Shown here piece after piece: positions 39,149 to 52,281 of a DNA stretch of 64,000 bases (its first letter is position 1; the number at the start of each line of letters is the position of its first letter). A program made the position numbers and the translations under genes. The DNA lies in the NCBI RefSeq assembly GCF_006345805.1, contig NC_042998.1:82770001-82834000 (forward strand). The letters are read 5' to 3'. The notes beneath the pieces are model-generated. The model was not told where the DNA came from. It saw nothing but the letters and a program-made list of their open reading frames with translations, and searched no databases. The stretch comes from Octopus sinensis (Eukaryota).

Positions 39149-39887
39149 TCAGGACCAGGTATTGAATACCAACTCAGTGAAAAAGAATATTTACCACAGA
39201 AGGGCATTGGACCTCTGCAGAATGTGTGGGAAGAATGTCAAAAGTGTGACTCACATTGTTAGTGCTTGTGAAAGTCTTGTGCAGAAAGAGTACAAGAATA
39301 GACATGACAAGGTAGCCCAAAATCTTCACTGACTACTATGCTGTAAGTATGGATATGAGGATATAGTTGCTTGGTACCAACATGCACTAGAAAAGGTAGT
39401 GGACAGAAAGAGGAAGGCAAAAATTGTCTGGGACTTTGACTTCCAAACAGACAAGATGTTAGAACACCAAAGACCGGATATAGTAGCCTTTAGGAGGGAC
39501 AAACAAGAGTGCCTAATAATCGACGTAGCAGTGCCAGGTGATCAACATATCATCATGAAAGAAAGAGAGAAAGTTGATAAATATGGAGACCTGAGAATTG
39601 AGATTGGTAAGATGTGGCAGCTACAAGAGTTAAACATAATGGTTATCTCTATTGTCATTGGAGCATTGAGTTCAATATCACCCAATTTGCAAAAACATCT
39701 GAAGACTTTAGAAATACCCTACAATCTAGGTGTATTACAAAAGTCGGCATTACTTGGAACTGCACACATATTGCATAAAGTACTGTCTGTCTGAGGTTCT
39801 TGTGTCACTTGTCAAACAGTACAAACCCCTGGTAGACATAATATCTTCAATCAACAACCTCACGATATTGTATATTGTGTGACGTCC
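39149..39887 (+). mobile_element. R4/Dong-like REL LINE, 5'-truncated (family 2)
   Basis: QDQ..CRMCG..SVTHIVSAC..RHDKVA..WDFDFQTD..RPDIV..CLIIDVAVP..EKVDKY.DL..VIGAL..QKSALLGTAHIL*, followed by (TAA)n. Confidence 0.93.
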
Positions 39888-39914
39888 ATAATAATAATAA
39901 TAATAATATTAATA

Positions 39915-41361
39915 AGGATCCCCTCAGTTTAGTATTAAGGAAGGCAAAGGCAGAGTATCAGTTCAGAAATAGTAAGGGAAAAATTAACCATTTACTCTAC
40001 ATGGATGATCTGAAGCTTTTTAGTAAGAACGGAAAAGAGATAGATTCCTTAATACAGACTGTAAGACTCTGCAGCAAAAATATAGACATGGAATTTGGCA
40101 TAGATAAGTGCGCAATATTAGTCATGAGAAGGGGACAGGTAGTCGACAGTGAAGGCATCCAATTATCAGATGGCCAGACTTTAAAATCATTGAAAGGAGG
40201 AGAGATTTATAAGTATCTAGGAGTATTAGAATCTGACAGAGTACTAACTATAGAAATGAAAACAAAAATTGAGGAGTACATCAGAAGGGAGAGGAAGCTA
40301 ATGAAATCAAAACTAAAAGGCCCAAATCTAGTGAAAGCTATAAATTCTTGGGCAATATCATATACTTGCCTAGAAAGGAAGGAGGAAGAGGATTAATATC
40401 AGTAGAAGACTCCATGGAGTTAGCTAGAGTAGATATAGATTCCTGTGTAGGTAATAGTGAAGAAAGTTTATTAAAAGCTGCTAGAGTCACAGCAAGACAT
40501 AGGGAAACCAAAAACCTAATCGAAGTTAAAAACCAGAAAAAAGAACAGGAATTATCTGACTGATAGGAGAAGGCTTTGCATGGTAGATTCCTAAAGATAG
40601 TTGCAGCAAATAATATTATGAGGCATGGTTATGGTTGCAGAAAGAAAAACTGAGAAGGGAGACAGAGAGTTTGTTAGTAGCAGCATAGCATTAAGGACTA
40701 ATTGGATAAAAGCCAAAATAGACAAAAACCAAGTAGATTCCTAATGTAGGTTATGCAAATCAAAAGAGGAAAGCGTTACTCATACAGTAAGTGAATGTAG
40801 CATGCTGGCACAGAAAGAATACAAGAAAAGACATGACAAACTAGGGAGAGTAATCTACTGGGAACTTTGTAGAAAGCTAGGATTTGAACATACTGATAAA
40901 TGGTATGAACGTCAACCTAAGTAAAGTACTAGAAAGTAAGAACTATAAGATGTTGTGGGACTTAAACATTCAGACTGACAGAGTAACCGAAACTAGAAAG
41001 CCTGATTTGGTTGTAGTAGATAAATAGAATGGAAAGTGCCAGATAATTGACTTTACAGTCCCAAATGATGAAAAATTAATGTGAGAAGTATAGAAAAAAT
41101 AGCAAAGTACCAGGACCTAGCCATGAAATAATGGAGACTATGGAAAGTGCTGCTAAAATGTATCCCTGTAGTTATAGGTGCATTGGGAACTATCACTAAA
41201 GATTAGAACAGTTGGGTAGAGGAAATAGGCATAAAACCTAGCTTAGTACAGCTCCAGAAAACAGTATTTAGGCGGGCTCTTAACATCTAAGGTTACTTGT
41301 TGTAGTCCAATGTTAGGAATTTTTCTTTTCCAACAGTTTAATGAGTTATGTGTATCAGAAG
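39915..41361 (+). mobile_element. R4/Dong-like REL LINE, 5'-truncated, RT to REL (family 3)
   Basis: INHLLYMDDLKLF..MEFGIDKC (RT), RKEGGRGL, CRLC...E...H.VSEC, RHD, RKPDLV, KYQDL, VIGALG. Flanked by (TAA)n. Confidence 0.93.
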
Positions 41362-41382
41362 TAATAATAATAATAATAATAA

Positions 41383-41426
<44 letters not shown>

Positions 41427-41461
41427 TAATAATAATAATAATAACATAACAATAATAATAA

Positions 41462-41496
<35 letters not shown>

Positions 41497-41507
41497 TAAT
41501 AATAATA

Positions 41508-42020
41508 AGATGGTATAGGCACACACCAGAAAAGGTCACAGAAAACGAGAAAGCAACCATACTATGGGATATGCCGATACACACAGATAGAGAAATTAAG
41601 GCCAACAGACCAGATATAGTTGTCAGAGATCATGAAGAAAAAAATGCTTTCTAATTGATGTATCAATACCGCAGATGACAACGTGTCTCTAAAAGAAATG
41701 GAGAAACTCTCAAAATACAAAGACCTGGAAATAGAGGTAACTAGAATGTGGAACCTGAAAACAGAAACAATTCCTATCATAGTAGGTGCATTAGGCATGA
41801 TAAAAAAAATATTCAGACAAATACATAACAAAAACACCAGGACTTACAAACACATATAACATACAGAAAATTGCACTACTAGGCACTGCACACATCCTAC
41901 GCAGAACACTTTCCATACAATAACCATCAGAGCATCACAACAAATCACAGCACATACCCAAGGCACACACAGCTGTGCTCGGTAGTGAAGTGAAAGCACG
42001 CAATAAAAATAAAACTACTG
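41508..42020 (+). mobile_element. R4/Dong-like REL LINE 3' fragment (family 1)
   Basis: RPDIVVRDH..LIDVSIP..EKLSKYKDLEIE..IVGALG..LLGTAHILRR. (AAT)n on both sides. Confidence 0.93.
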
Positions 42021-42036
42021 AATAATAATAATAATA

Positions 42037-43273
42037 GATAGGAAAACAAGAAAAATACTGACAGGATCTAGGATGCATCACCCAAAATTTGACATAGAAA
42101 GACTATATATACAACGTATAGAAGGTGGTAGAGGCCTTATACAGCTGGAAAACTACTATAAAATAACCACCATAGGACTGCAAAAATACTACTTCAGAAG
42201 GAAGGAAAACTGATCCAGATAGCAGCAAAACACGAGCAAAACAAAAAACTGTTCTCAGTATTTAAGGAAGCTGACAAATACAAACAAGAAATCATACCAC
42301 CTAATAAACACAAAGAAGAAGAAGAAGAGATGATGAAGAAGCAACAAAAGCTATAAAACAAATGAAATCCAAACTAAAAATAGAAAGCAGCAACGAGCCA
42401 TGATAAAACGATGGCAAGAAAAGCCCCTTCATGGTAAATACTGCACTAAACTAAACGCAAAAGAAATAGACAAAGAAAAATCCCAGCAATGGTTGAGAAG
42501 CTCAGGACTCAAAGCAGAAACAGGGGATTTTAATTGCAGCACAAGACCAAAGCCTCCCCACCAGAAATTACCAAAAAAATGTAATGAAAAGAATATTACA
42601 AGTAACTGCAGAATATGTGGAGATGGACAAGAAACAATAAATCATATTATCTAGCTGCCCAGTCCTGGCTAAGAAGGAATATATTCACAGACATGACAGA
42701 GTTGGAACCTACATACATTGGAAGCTATGCCAACATTATGGAATAACAACAGAAAAAAGATGGTATAGGCACACACCAGAAAAGGTCACAGAAAACGAGA
42801 AAGCAACCATACTCTGGGATATGCCGATACACACAGATAGAGAAATTAAGGCCAACAGACCAGATATAGTTGTCAGAGATCATGAAAAAAAAAAATGCTT
42901 TCTAATTGATGTATCAATACCGGCAGATGACAACGTGTCTCTCTAAAAGAAATGGAGAAACTCTCAAAATACAAAGACCTGGAAATAGAGGTAACCAGAA
43001 TGTGGAACCTGAAAACAGAAACAATTCCTATCATAGTAGGTGCATTAGGCATGATAAAAAAATATTCAGACAAATACATAACAAAAACACCAGGACTTAC
43101 AAACACATATAACATACAGAAAATTGCACTACTAGGCACTGCACACATCCTACGCAGAACACTTTCCATACAATAACCATCAGAGCATCACAACAAATCA
43201 CAGCACATACCCAAGGCACACAGAGCTGCGCTCGGTAGTGAAGTGAAAGCACGCTATAAAAATAAAACTACTG
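42037..43273 (+). mobile_element. R4/Dong-like REL LINE, 5'-truncated (family 1)
   Basis: EGGRGLIQL..WQEKPLHG..CRICG..ETINHI..RHDRVG, plus a REL domain about 98% identical to 41508-42020. (AAT)n on both sides. Confidence 0.93.
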
Positions 43274-43307
43274 AATAATAATAATAATAATAATAATAAC
43301 AATAATA

Positions 43308-43528
43308 GTGGTTTCAAATTTTGACACAATGCCAGCAATTTGGGGTGAGGGGATAAGTTTTTTATATCAACCCCAGTACTCAACTGGTACCTATTTTATC
43401 AACCCTAAAAGGATGAAAGACAAAGTCAACAGTGGTGGCATTTGAACTCAGAATGTAAAGGTAAATGAAATACTGTTGAGCATTATTTTGTCCAGCATAC
43501 TAATGATCCCACCAGTTTGCTGCCTTGA
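43308..43528 (-). mobile_element. SINE family A within the (AAT)n tract
   Basis: Reverse complement of family A. Confidence 0.75.
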
Positions 43529-43581
43529 CAATAATAAATAATAATAATAATAATAATATAATAATAATATAATAATAATAA

Positions 43582-44013
43582 TGGAACTATGATTTTCATA
43601 CAGATTGTGTAATTGAACACCGTTGGCCAGATATTGTCATATTGAATAAGAGAGACAAATACTGTCAGATCATTGATGTAGCCATACCAAATGACATGAA
43701 CGTTGTGAGAAAAGAGGTTGAAAAAATCACCAAGTACTCTGAATTGAAAGTGGAAATGGCAAGACTGTATGGAATGCGAGAGGGTAATGTTAAAGTGATA
43801 CCAGTGGTGATCAGAGCGCTAGGCTCAATCCTATTGAAAGTTCAAGGTTTCTTAAAGCAGCTGGAAATCCCATGCAAGACAGATGTCTTGTAAAAAGCAA
43901 CCTTATTGGGCACAGAGCACATCTTAAGGGAAGTATCATCTGTCTGAGGTCCTTGTTGTAACTTGAGAGATGACTGAAGACTCCAGTACATTTTTACCTA
44001 CACTATTATGAAG
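43582..44013 (+). mobile_element. R4/Dong-like REL LINE 3' fragment (family 2-related)
   Basis: WNYDFHTD..HRWPDIV..CQIIDVAIPND..EKITKYSEL..VIRALG. UTR ctgtctgaggt resembles the 39149 copy. (AAT)n on both sides. Confidence 0.88.
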
Positions 44014-44043
44014 TAATAATAAAAATAATAATTATTAATAATA

Positions 44044-44076
<33 letters not shown>

Positions 44077-44084
44077 GATAATCC

Positions 44085-44296
44085 TTTCTACTAAAGGAAC
44101 AAGGCCTGAAATTTTGGAAGAGGGGATTAGTCTATTACATCGATACCAGTGTTTCACTAGTACTTAATTTAGCGACCCCAAAAGGATGAAAAGCAAAGTC
44201 GACCTTAGCAGAATTTGAAATCAGAACATAAAGATGGACGAAATCCTACTGAACATTTTATCCATCATGCTAACAATTCAACCAGCTCACCACCTC
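44085..44296 (-). mobile_element. SINE family A
   Basis: Reverse complement of family A. Confidence 0.8.
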
Positions 44297-44300
44297 ACTA

Positions 44301-44332
<32 letters not shown>

Positions 44333-44819
44333 AAGCTGCAGTTCCTTAAGACTGATTCTGTTACTCATCAAAAATCAATTCAACAGAACAGTAATGTTAA
44401 TTCAGTACTTTGGCAAAATAAATTAAGCTTCAGCATAAATGAATCAATTTTATGGTGATGATAATGATGGTGATGATGAAGACGATGACGATGATGATGA
44501 TGATGATGATGATGAGAAGGAGTTTGCAACTGTGACCCTTCCTTACTATGTATCAGGACAATATCACAATATCGTAAATGTTAACCATGTTTGCACAGTT
44601 GGTGGTATCAGAATATTTGTCACTTTGCAAATTGGATTTAGCTGATGCGTCATGGCTGGACGCCCTTTTATAGTAGCACCAGTTTCTGAGTTGGTTGCAT
44701 TTATTGTTGTAGTAATAGTAGAAATTTTGAAGTCACCTGGGATTAACGAGCTCTCTTCCACACTATGATGTCAAAATAATAGGAAAACAAATTGAAGTAA
44801 CCAGTTACATTATCTACGT

Positions 44820-44985
44820 TTGTATTTATGTATGTATGCATGTATCTATGTATGTGTGTGTGCATGTATGCATATATGTGTTATATATACATATATATGT
44901 ATATCGATATATCTTTACGTATACATGTGTTTATATGCATATGTATATATGTATATAGATATATCTATATGTATACATGTGTTTA

Positions 44986-45028
<43 letters not shown>

Positions 45029-45353
45029 GAATATGTATGTGTATATATATGTATTTATATGTATATCGGTATATGCATATATGTATGCATATATGTGTAT
45101 ATATATTATATAATATGCATACACACATATATATGTGTGTGCATGTGTGTGTGCATATATGCATATATGTGTTATATATACAGATATATATGTATATAGA
45201 TATATCTATATGCATATGTATACATGTGTTTATATGCATATATATATATATATTATTTATATACATATGTATATGTGTACACGTATATATGTATATATAT
45301 ATGTGTGTGTGTGTATATATATATTATATAATATGCATATACACATATATACA

Positions 45354-45396
<43 letters not shown>

Positions 45397-45450
45397 ACGT
45401 CCATACATGTGTGCATGCATACATGTGTGTGTGTGTGTGTGCATGTGTGT
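44820..45450. repeat. Complex (TA/TG/CA) alternating purine-pyrimidine tract
   Basis: Read directly from the sequence; contains internally duplicated blocks. Confidence 0.95.
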
Positions 45451-45936
45451 GTTTGTAGTGAGAGTACCAGAGAAAAGCACAGGAGAAAAATAATATCAAG
45501 ACATATATAAAAAAAAATGTGCTGCAACAAGCTGTAAACTTAGAAACCAAATTGGCAGCGAACTGTCTCATAAAATGTAATCTGAAATGCATGTTTAGGA
45601 AGTTGGACACTCATTGGAAAATGTATAGATCTTACATTGAACATGTATTATGAGAAATACATTATTTCTACCACAGACAGAGAATTCCATGGACAACTAT
45701 TTGCATATTAGCCTGCCATTTCATCTGGTTCTGCATACCACTTTTGATGATATATAAGATGCACTATTTTTTATAAAAAATAATATGTCCTTTATGTGAA
45801 GTTAGACCAGTATTTCCTGCTTTAATATACAAAAAAATTCCTCTTCCTGAGTATGTATTGCTGAAATTTGGGTGCATCTAATTTAAAGGGTAACATATCT
45901 AATATGGCCATGTGTATATTATACTATCAAATATTA

Positions 45937-47297
45937 AGGAGGCGAGCTGGCAGAAACGTTAGCACACCAGGTGAAATGCCTAGCAGTATTTCGTCATCTG
46001 CTACATTCTGAGTTCAAATTCCGCCAAGGTCAACTTAGCCTTTCATCCTTTCAGGGTCAATAAATTAAGTACCAGTTGTGTACTAGGGTCGATCTAGTCG
46101 ACTGGCTCCCACCATCTCCAAAACTTTCGGGCTTGTATCTATAGTAAAAAAGATTACACTATCAAATATGGTAAACAGAATACTGCCATTTAAGACTCTA
46201 TACTTCTACATTTAAGAGTTCTATTTCAACATTCAAAGTTCAAAGGATGGTAAACTGGCAGAACTGTTACTACTCTGGGCAAACTGCTTTGCAGCATTTT
46301 CTTCTCCTTTATATTCTGAGTTCAAATTCTGCTGAAGTCAACTTTGTCTTTCATCCTTTTGTGATCAATAAAATAAGCACCAGTTGAGCATCAGGTCAAT
46401 GTAATCAGCTCATCTCCTCCTCCAGAATTACTGGCCTTGTGCCAAAATGTGTAAGCAATATCCAAGGTGTCGGCATGGTTATGTGGTAAAAAACATTTGC
46501 TTCACAATCATAAGGTTTCATGTTCATTCCCACTGCATGGCACATTAGGCAAGTGATTTCAACTATAACATTGGGTTGACCAAAGCCTTGTGAGAGGATT
46601 TGGTTTGTGAAAACTGAAAGAAGCTTGTTATATAAATGGAGCTAAGATTCATGTTTCTTGGTATTCCTGTCTATTGCGGAGGCATTCAGCTTCCCAAATA
46701 AATCCAAAGAGCAGTAGTTAAGTTTGTAAGGGAGCAACAACTTCTTGTGAGGTAAACTTGATAACTATCATATTTGATGGCACACAAGCATATTCTTTTC
46801 TACTCTAGGCACAAAGCCCGAAATTTTGGAAGAGAGGGCCAGTCAATTAGATCAACTCCAGAACACTACTAGTACTTAATTTATCGATCCCAAAAGGATG
46901 AAAAGCAAAGTCACCCTCGGCAGAATTTGAACATATAAACAGATGAAATACAGCTAAGCATTTTACACAGCATGCTAACATTTCTGCCGCCTTATGGAAC
47001 ACAAGAATATTACATGTGCTCCACTCACAGCAGTGCATATTCAGGAAAAATGATTTCATTGCATTAAAGCATGTAATACTGGTTTCAAATTTTTGGCACA
47101 AGACCAGCAATTTTAAAGGGAGGGGGAAGTCAATTATATTAACACCAGTGTTCAACTGCTACTTATTTTATCAGCCCCACCAAAAGGTCAAAAAGTAAAG
47201 TTGACATCAGCAGAAATTGAACTCTGAACTTGAGGATAGACAAAATGCCACTAAGCATTTTGCCTAGCATACTAACAATTGTACCAGCTCACTGCTT
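45937..47297. mobile_element. Four family A SINEs (+,+,-,-) and a family B half
   Basis: Plus copies at 45937-46145 and 46250-46460; minus copies at 46795-46992 and 47078-47297; family B 5' half at 46468-46630. Confidence 0.8.
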
Positions 47298-47388
47298 TAT
47301 TAAAGCATTTAATATTTAAAGCAATCTAGTGCACATAACAAAAATACTTTAGCTATAGCAGAAATCATTACTGTATATGAAATACTCC

Positions 47389-47617
47389 AATGTATTGGTA
47401 GAAGGAAACATGTGGATTAAAATAATACAATGTATTGGTAGAAGAAAATGTGGATTAAAATATTACAGTGTATTGGTAGAAGAGAACATGTGGATTAAAA
47501 TAATGCAGTGTATTGGTAGAAGAGACCATGTGGATTAAAATATTAGTGTATTGGTAGAAAACACCATGTTGATTAAAATATTACAGTGTATTGGTAGAAG
47601 AGAATGTGGATTAAAAT
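47389..47617. repeat. ~38-40-bp minisatellite, 6 copies
   Basis: Unit a(a/g)tgtattggtagaa....atgtggattaaaata. Confidence 0.9.
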
Positions 47618-47864
47618 TTCTCTAAACTAGTAAGCATCCAGGACAAAATTAGCTTGTGGGAGGTCCAACTTCACATATAGGACCTGAGACAGTTTAGGCA
47701 CAGAAAAAGTGCATCTTATATGCCATCCAATATGATACTTCATTACTTTGTTGTGTTTAATTTAACTCCTGATGATCTAAAGAAGCTATGGGAAAGAGAA
47801 ACGTGTCCTAGTTTACCTGGTCAGTTGATCTTTATTCAAATTATAAACTGTATAACTAACTTTA

Positions 47865-48065
47865 ACAGGCACTCCGGTTACAGTGAAAAGTGATCCAGTT
47901 GATGCAATCAATAAAACAGTCTGCTTGTGAAATTAACATGCAAGTGGCTGAGTACTCCAAAGACATGCATACGCTTAATATAGTTCTCAAAGAAATTCAG
48001 TGTGACACAATGTGACAAAGCTGGCCCTTTGTAATAGAGGTACTATTCATTTTTGTCAGCTGCAT
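47865..48065 (-). mobile_element. SINE family C fragment
   Basis: gaaattaacatgcaagtggctgagtactcc..tgtgacaaagctggccctttg is the reverse complement of the family C body. Confidence 0.75.
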
Positions 48066-48299
48066 GTATATGATGATATTTTATTAATCATAAAAAGCCA
48101 TCTTACCATTAGTAATTATTTTAGTTAAGAAAAGCAGATTCTGCATGTTGTAAGCCAACTCTCTGAATGGTTAACACTTTATGTCTGGGCATTGTATGGG
48201 TGTTTTCTTCATAGCTGAGATGCTTGACACATAAAATTTACGATCCATCTACCTGTGAATTGATACCTCCTGCTCGTGGCTTAGCATTACCTTCTGTCT

Positions 48300-48620
48300 T
48301 TTATTTGCTGCAGTCACTAGACTGCGGCCATGCTGCAGCACTGTCTTGAAGAATTTTAGTCAACCAGACCAACCTCAGTACTCTATTGGTCTCTTGGTTG
48401 AACTGCTAAGTTACAGCAATCATAAACACACCAACACCAGTTGTTGCCAAGAGGGAAGAGGAAAAACACAAACACACACACACATTTTCCATCAAACAAA
48501 TTCACTCACAAGGCTTTCATTTGCCCAGGGCTTTAGAAGAAAAGACTTGACCAAGGTGCCTTGAAGTGAGACGGAACCCAAAACCATGTGGTTGGGAAGC
48601 AAATTTCTTACCATACAGCC
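48300..48620 (-). mobile_element. SINE family B, diverged
   Basis: Reverse-complement tail, (CA)n and head. Confidence 0.7.
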
Positions 48621-49793
48621 GTACCAAACTGTGAGCAGAAAAGGTGGTATTTTTAATACAAGCATGAGGCCTGAAATTTAGAGGAAGGAATTAAATGCTT
48701 ATACAGACCCAAGTACGTCACTGGCATTTTATTTCCCCAAACACAAAAGAATGGAAGTCAAATTTAACCTCACTGAAATTCAAACTCAGAACATAAACAG
48801 TCAAGAGAAATACTGCAAAGAGCCACAAGAAATACCGGGTCTTTCTCCACAGTGGTTGGCATTAGGAAGGGCATCCAGCCGTAAAAACATTGCCAGATCA
48901 TATTGGAGCCTGATGCAGCCTCCTGGCTTGCCCGTCCCTAGTGAAATTGTCCAATCCATGCCAGCATGGAAAATAGACGTTAAACAATGATGATGATGAT
49001 GATAGAGGGCTCCAAAAGGGGTCTCAGGGAGCAGCATCCCTGTCTTCCTGAGCTAGTTTTCCACCATATTTCTTTAAAATCATGGTAGAGGCCTTGGTTT
49101 CGGGACCATGTCTAGAAACTGAGGTTGGGAATAAACAAGGACATGCTCCCCATAGAAAATCCAGCTCCAGAAAAACCTCATGATAACAAAGGAGAATGGG
49201 CACCAGCCATCCCAAAGGTTGGGGGTGGGCTGCACCTGCATGCCTTAGTGCTATGGCATTGAGGTAGATTCGGCCACCCCGGTCAACAAGGACAAAACAC
49301 GGATTTAAAACACTGGATGATGATGATGATGATAAGGATTTTACCAATCCACCATCCGAAGATGGTGTAATATAACAAATATTATGCTCCTTTGGATCAT
49401 TAAACCTAATCATTCATTGATGCCAACCATGTGATTGATATAAATTTGTGTGTGATAGCAGAGTCTATAGAGAGGTGTTACAGAGTAGTTATAGATGAAG
49501 AATGAAGAAAGAGACCCTGAAACAACTTCAAAGGAATGAGTTGTGTGTGATGTTAGGAATGAGAAGTGTGAAGAAAAAAGTGTTGGCTTGCAAAAGAAGG
49601 CTGGATAAAGGAGAGAGAGGGTGGAGAAAGACAGAGAGAGAGAGAGAGTATGTTGTCAGGTAGAGGTGAGAAGAGAGAAATGTTTATGTACATCATGCAA
49701 CAGAAATTGTGTATAAGAAATCTAATGAGACGAGTTGTAGCAAAAAGAATAAGACTTCTTAGGAATTTATCTTAGAACATTGGCTTTCACACA

Positions 49794-49833
<40 letters not shown>

Positions 49834-50150
49834 TAGACTAATAGAATTATGCTGCTACAGAGAGACACTTTTGGTTAATTCTGCTTTAGAAAAATGTATG
49901 TTAAGCTGCTGATTCTGTAGCTGTCATTGTTGGTGGTAACAATGATGATGATAATGATGATGATGATGATGACGACGAATGACGATGATGACTACAGCAA
50001 GGAGAATAGTAAGGAGGTGGTTTGCATGAAATGAAAGATTTTCTTGGATAAGCCTTCGCAAATTGGATTAATTTATAAATGAAGAAATTGCAAGTAATCC
50101 AAAACGATTATGAAGAGCTTAAAAAATTATATTCTTCATGGGTTATTGCA

Positions 50151-50190
<40 letters not shown>

Positions 50191-50751
50191 TGTGTATACA
50201 TATCTATGAATGTGTGTGTGTGTGTGGTTTGATAATATGTATATTTATCTGCATGAATGTGTAATAGGATTAAAAACTTGAGCAGACTTAAGCTATTTTC
50301 TAATAATCACTAACTCTTAGAAATCACAACTACATGCATTGGAAAAGGTAGAATAAAACAATAAAACTAATGTATTTTAGAAAGAACACTAAAAAAGAGA
50401 GAGAGATAGGGAGAGAGCAATAGAGAGAGAGAGAGAGATGAAGAAGTGAAGGCAACTACAACTAACAATATATGAGAGAGAGAGAGAGAGACATAATGGA
50501 AAAGCAAATTTTATAACAGAGATGTAAGATAGAAGACAGTAATGAAAGTTCAGCTCCTATAGTACAATGTATAATAATGGAGAGATATAACAGATGTCAC
50601 TTTAACTAAGATTTGCCAAAATAGCTTCAACAGCAATTATTCCTTGTAATTGTTACAAGATGCTAATTAGCAATTCTGCTTACATAAAACTACATCAAAA
50701 CTAAATAAGCCATTGTGAATCATAACACATTGAAGGTACATTTACGTAATC

Positions 50752-50985
50752 TAAGGCGGCGAGCTGGCAGAAACGTTAGCACGCCGGGGCGAAGTGCTAA
50801 GCGGTATTTCGTCTGCCGTTACGTTGTGAGTTCAAATTCCACCGAGGTCGACTTTGCCTTTCATCCTTTCGGGGTCGATAAATTAAGTACCAGTTACGCA
50901 CTGGGGTCGATGTAATCGACTTAATACCTATGTCTGTCCTTGTTTGTCCCCTCTGTGTTTAGCCCCTTGTGGGTAATAAAGAAAT
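50752..50985 (+). mobile_element. Young SINE family A with LINE-derived tail (type 2) and 18-bp TSD
   Basis: TSD aggtacatttacgtaatc at 50734-50751 and 50986-51003. Tail tttgtcccctctgtgtttagccccttgtgggtaataaagaaat. Confidence 0.92.
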
Positions 50986-51023
50986 AGGTACATTTACGTA
51001 ATCACTGGATCTGCTATAAGTGT

Positions 51024-51388
51024 CAGTGGAGGTGCAATGGCCCAGTGGTTAGGGCAGCAGTCGTGGGATCGTGATTTCGATTCCAAGGGTGGGTGTTGTG
51101 AGTGTTTATTGAGCGAAAACACCTAAAGCTCCATGAGACTCCAGCAGGGGCTGGTGACGAACCCTGCTGTACTCTTTCACCACAACTTTCTTTCTGTTTC
51201 TCTTGTACATGAATTTCAAAGGGCCAGCCTTATCACACTCTGTGTCACACTAATTCTCCCCGAGAACTACATTAAGAGTACACGTGTCTGTGGAGTGCTC
51301 AGTCACTTGCACATTAATTTCATGAGCAGGCTGCTCCATTGATCAGATCAACTGGAACCCTCATCGTTGTAACTGATGGAGTGCCAGG
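51024..51388 (+). mobile_element. SINE family C (head type 2)
   Basis: Same head and body as 33085-33430. Confidence 0.85.
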
Positions 51389-52237
51389 ATATAAGTGGCA
51401 AGAGAATTCTTTACCCCTAATCAAACCCTATATTTTTTTTAATTAAACTGCATGTTTGATAACTGAGTCTTAGGTATATACTAACTGCCAAAAACAAAAG
51501 GATGATCACAGGTTGACCCTGTGATTATTACATCTTTAATGAAATACATTGCTTATGACTAATCAAGAATTTGGAGGGTTTTGTAAAGGAACTAACAATA
51601 CCATTATTAGCCTTTGGAATTTAATAGAATGTTCTCTCATAAAGGTGATGATCCAGCATGGCCACAGTCAAATGACTGAAACAAGTAAAAGAATAAAAGA
51701 ATAGTCAAAATTGGCACTTCAAGACATAATTTTGAATTGATAAGATATCAGACACTCTATTAATATTTTTAATACCAACCCACTTGAGAAACCCATGTTC
51801 ATTTTTAAATTAAAACTCAATCAATAAAAAACAATTGCATAACATGAATGGTATTGTAAGATTCTAGTGAGTGAACAAGATGATAATATAGTAAGTTATT
51901 AAATTACAATCGTTTTGTTTGTGCAGGCACAAGGCATGGTTTTGTGGTTAAGAAGTTTGCTTTGGAACCAAGTGTTTTCAGGTTCATCCCAATGCATGGC
52001 ATCTTAGATAAGATTTTTTTTTCCCTAAAATCTTGGGTTAGCCAATGTATTGTGAGTGAAATTTGGTAGACAAAAAGCACTAATTCTCCTCAAATTTTGC
52101 TGGTGCCACCAATATGCAAAGCTCTCAGTCTTACCATTAAAGGCATGAAACTGAGTATTAACATTTCGATTGATAACTGATGAAGAATTAGGGTCCTTCT
52201 GTGTCTGTCCTATGTGTATGTATTTTAGCATTTAATG

Positions 52238-52281
<44 letters not shown>

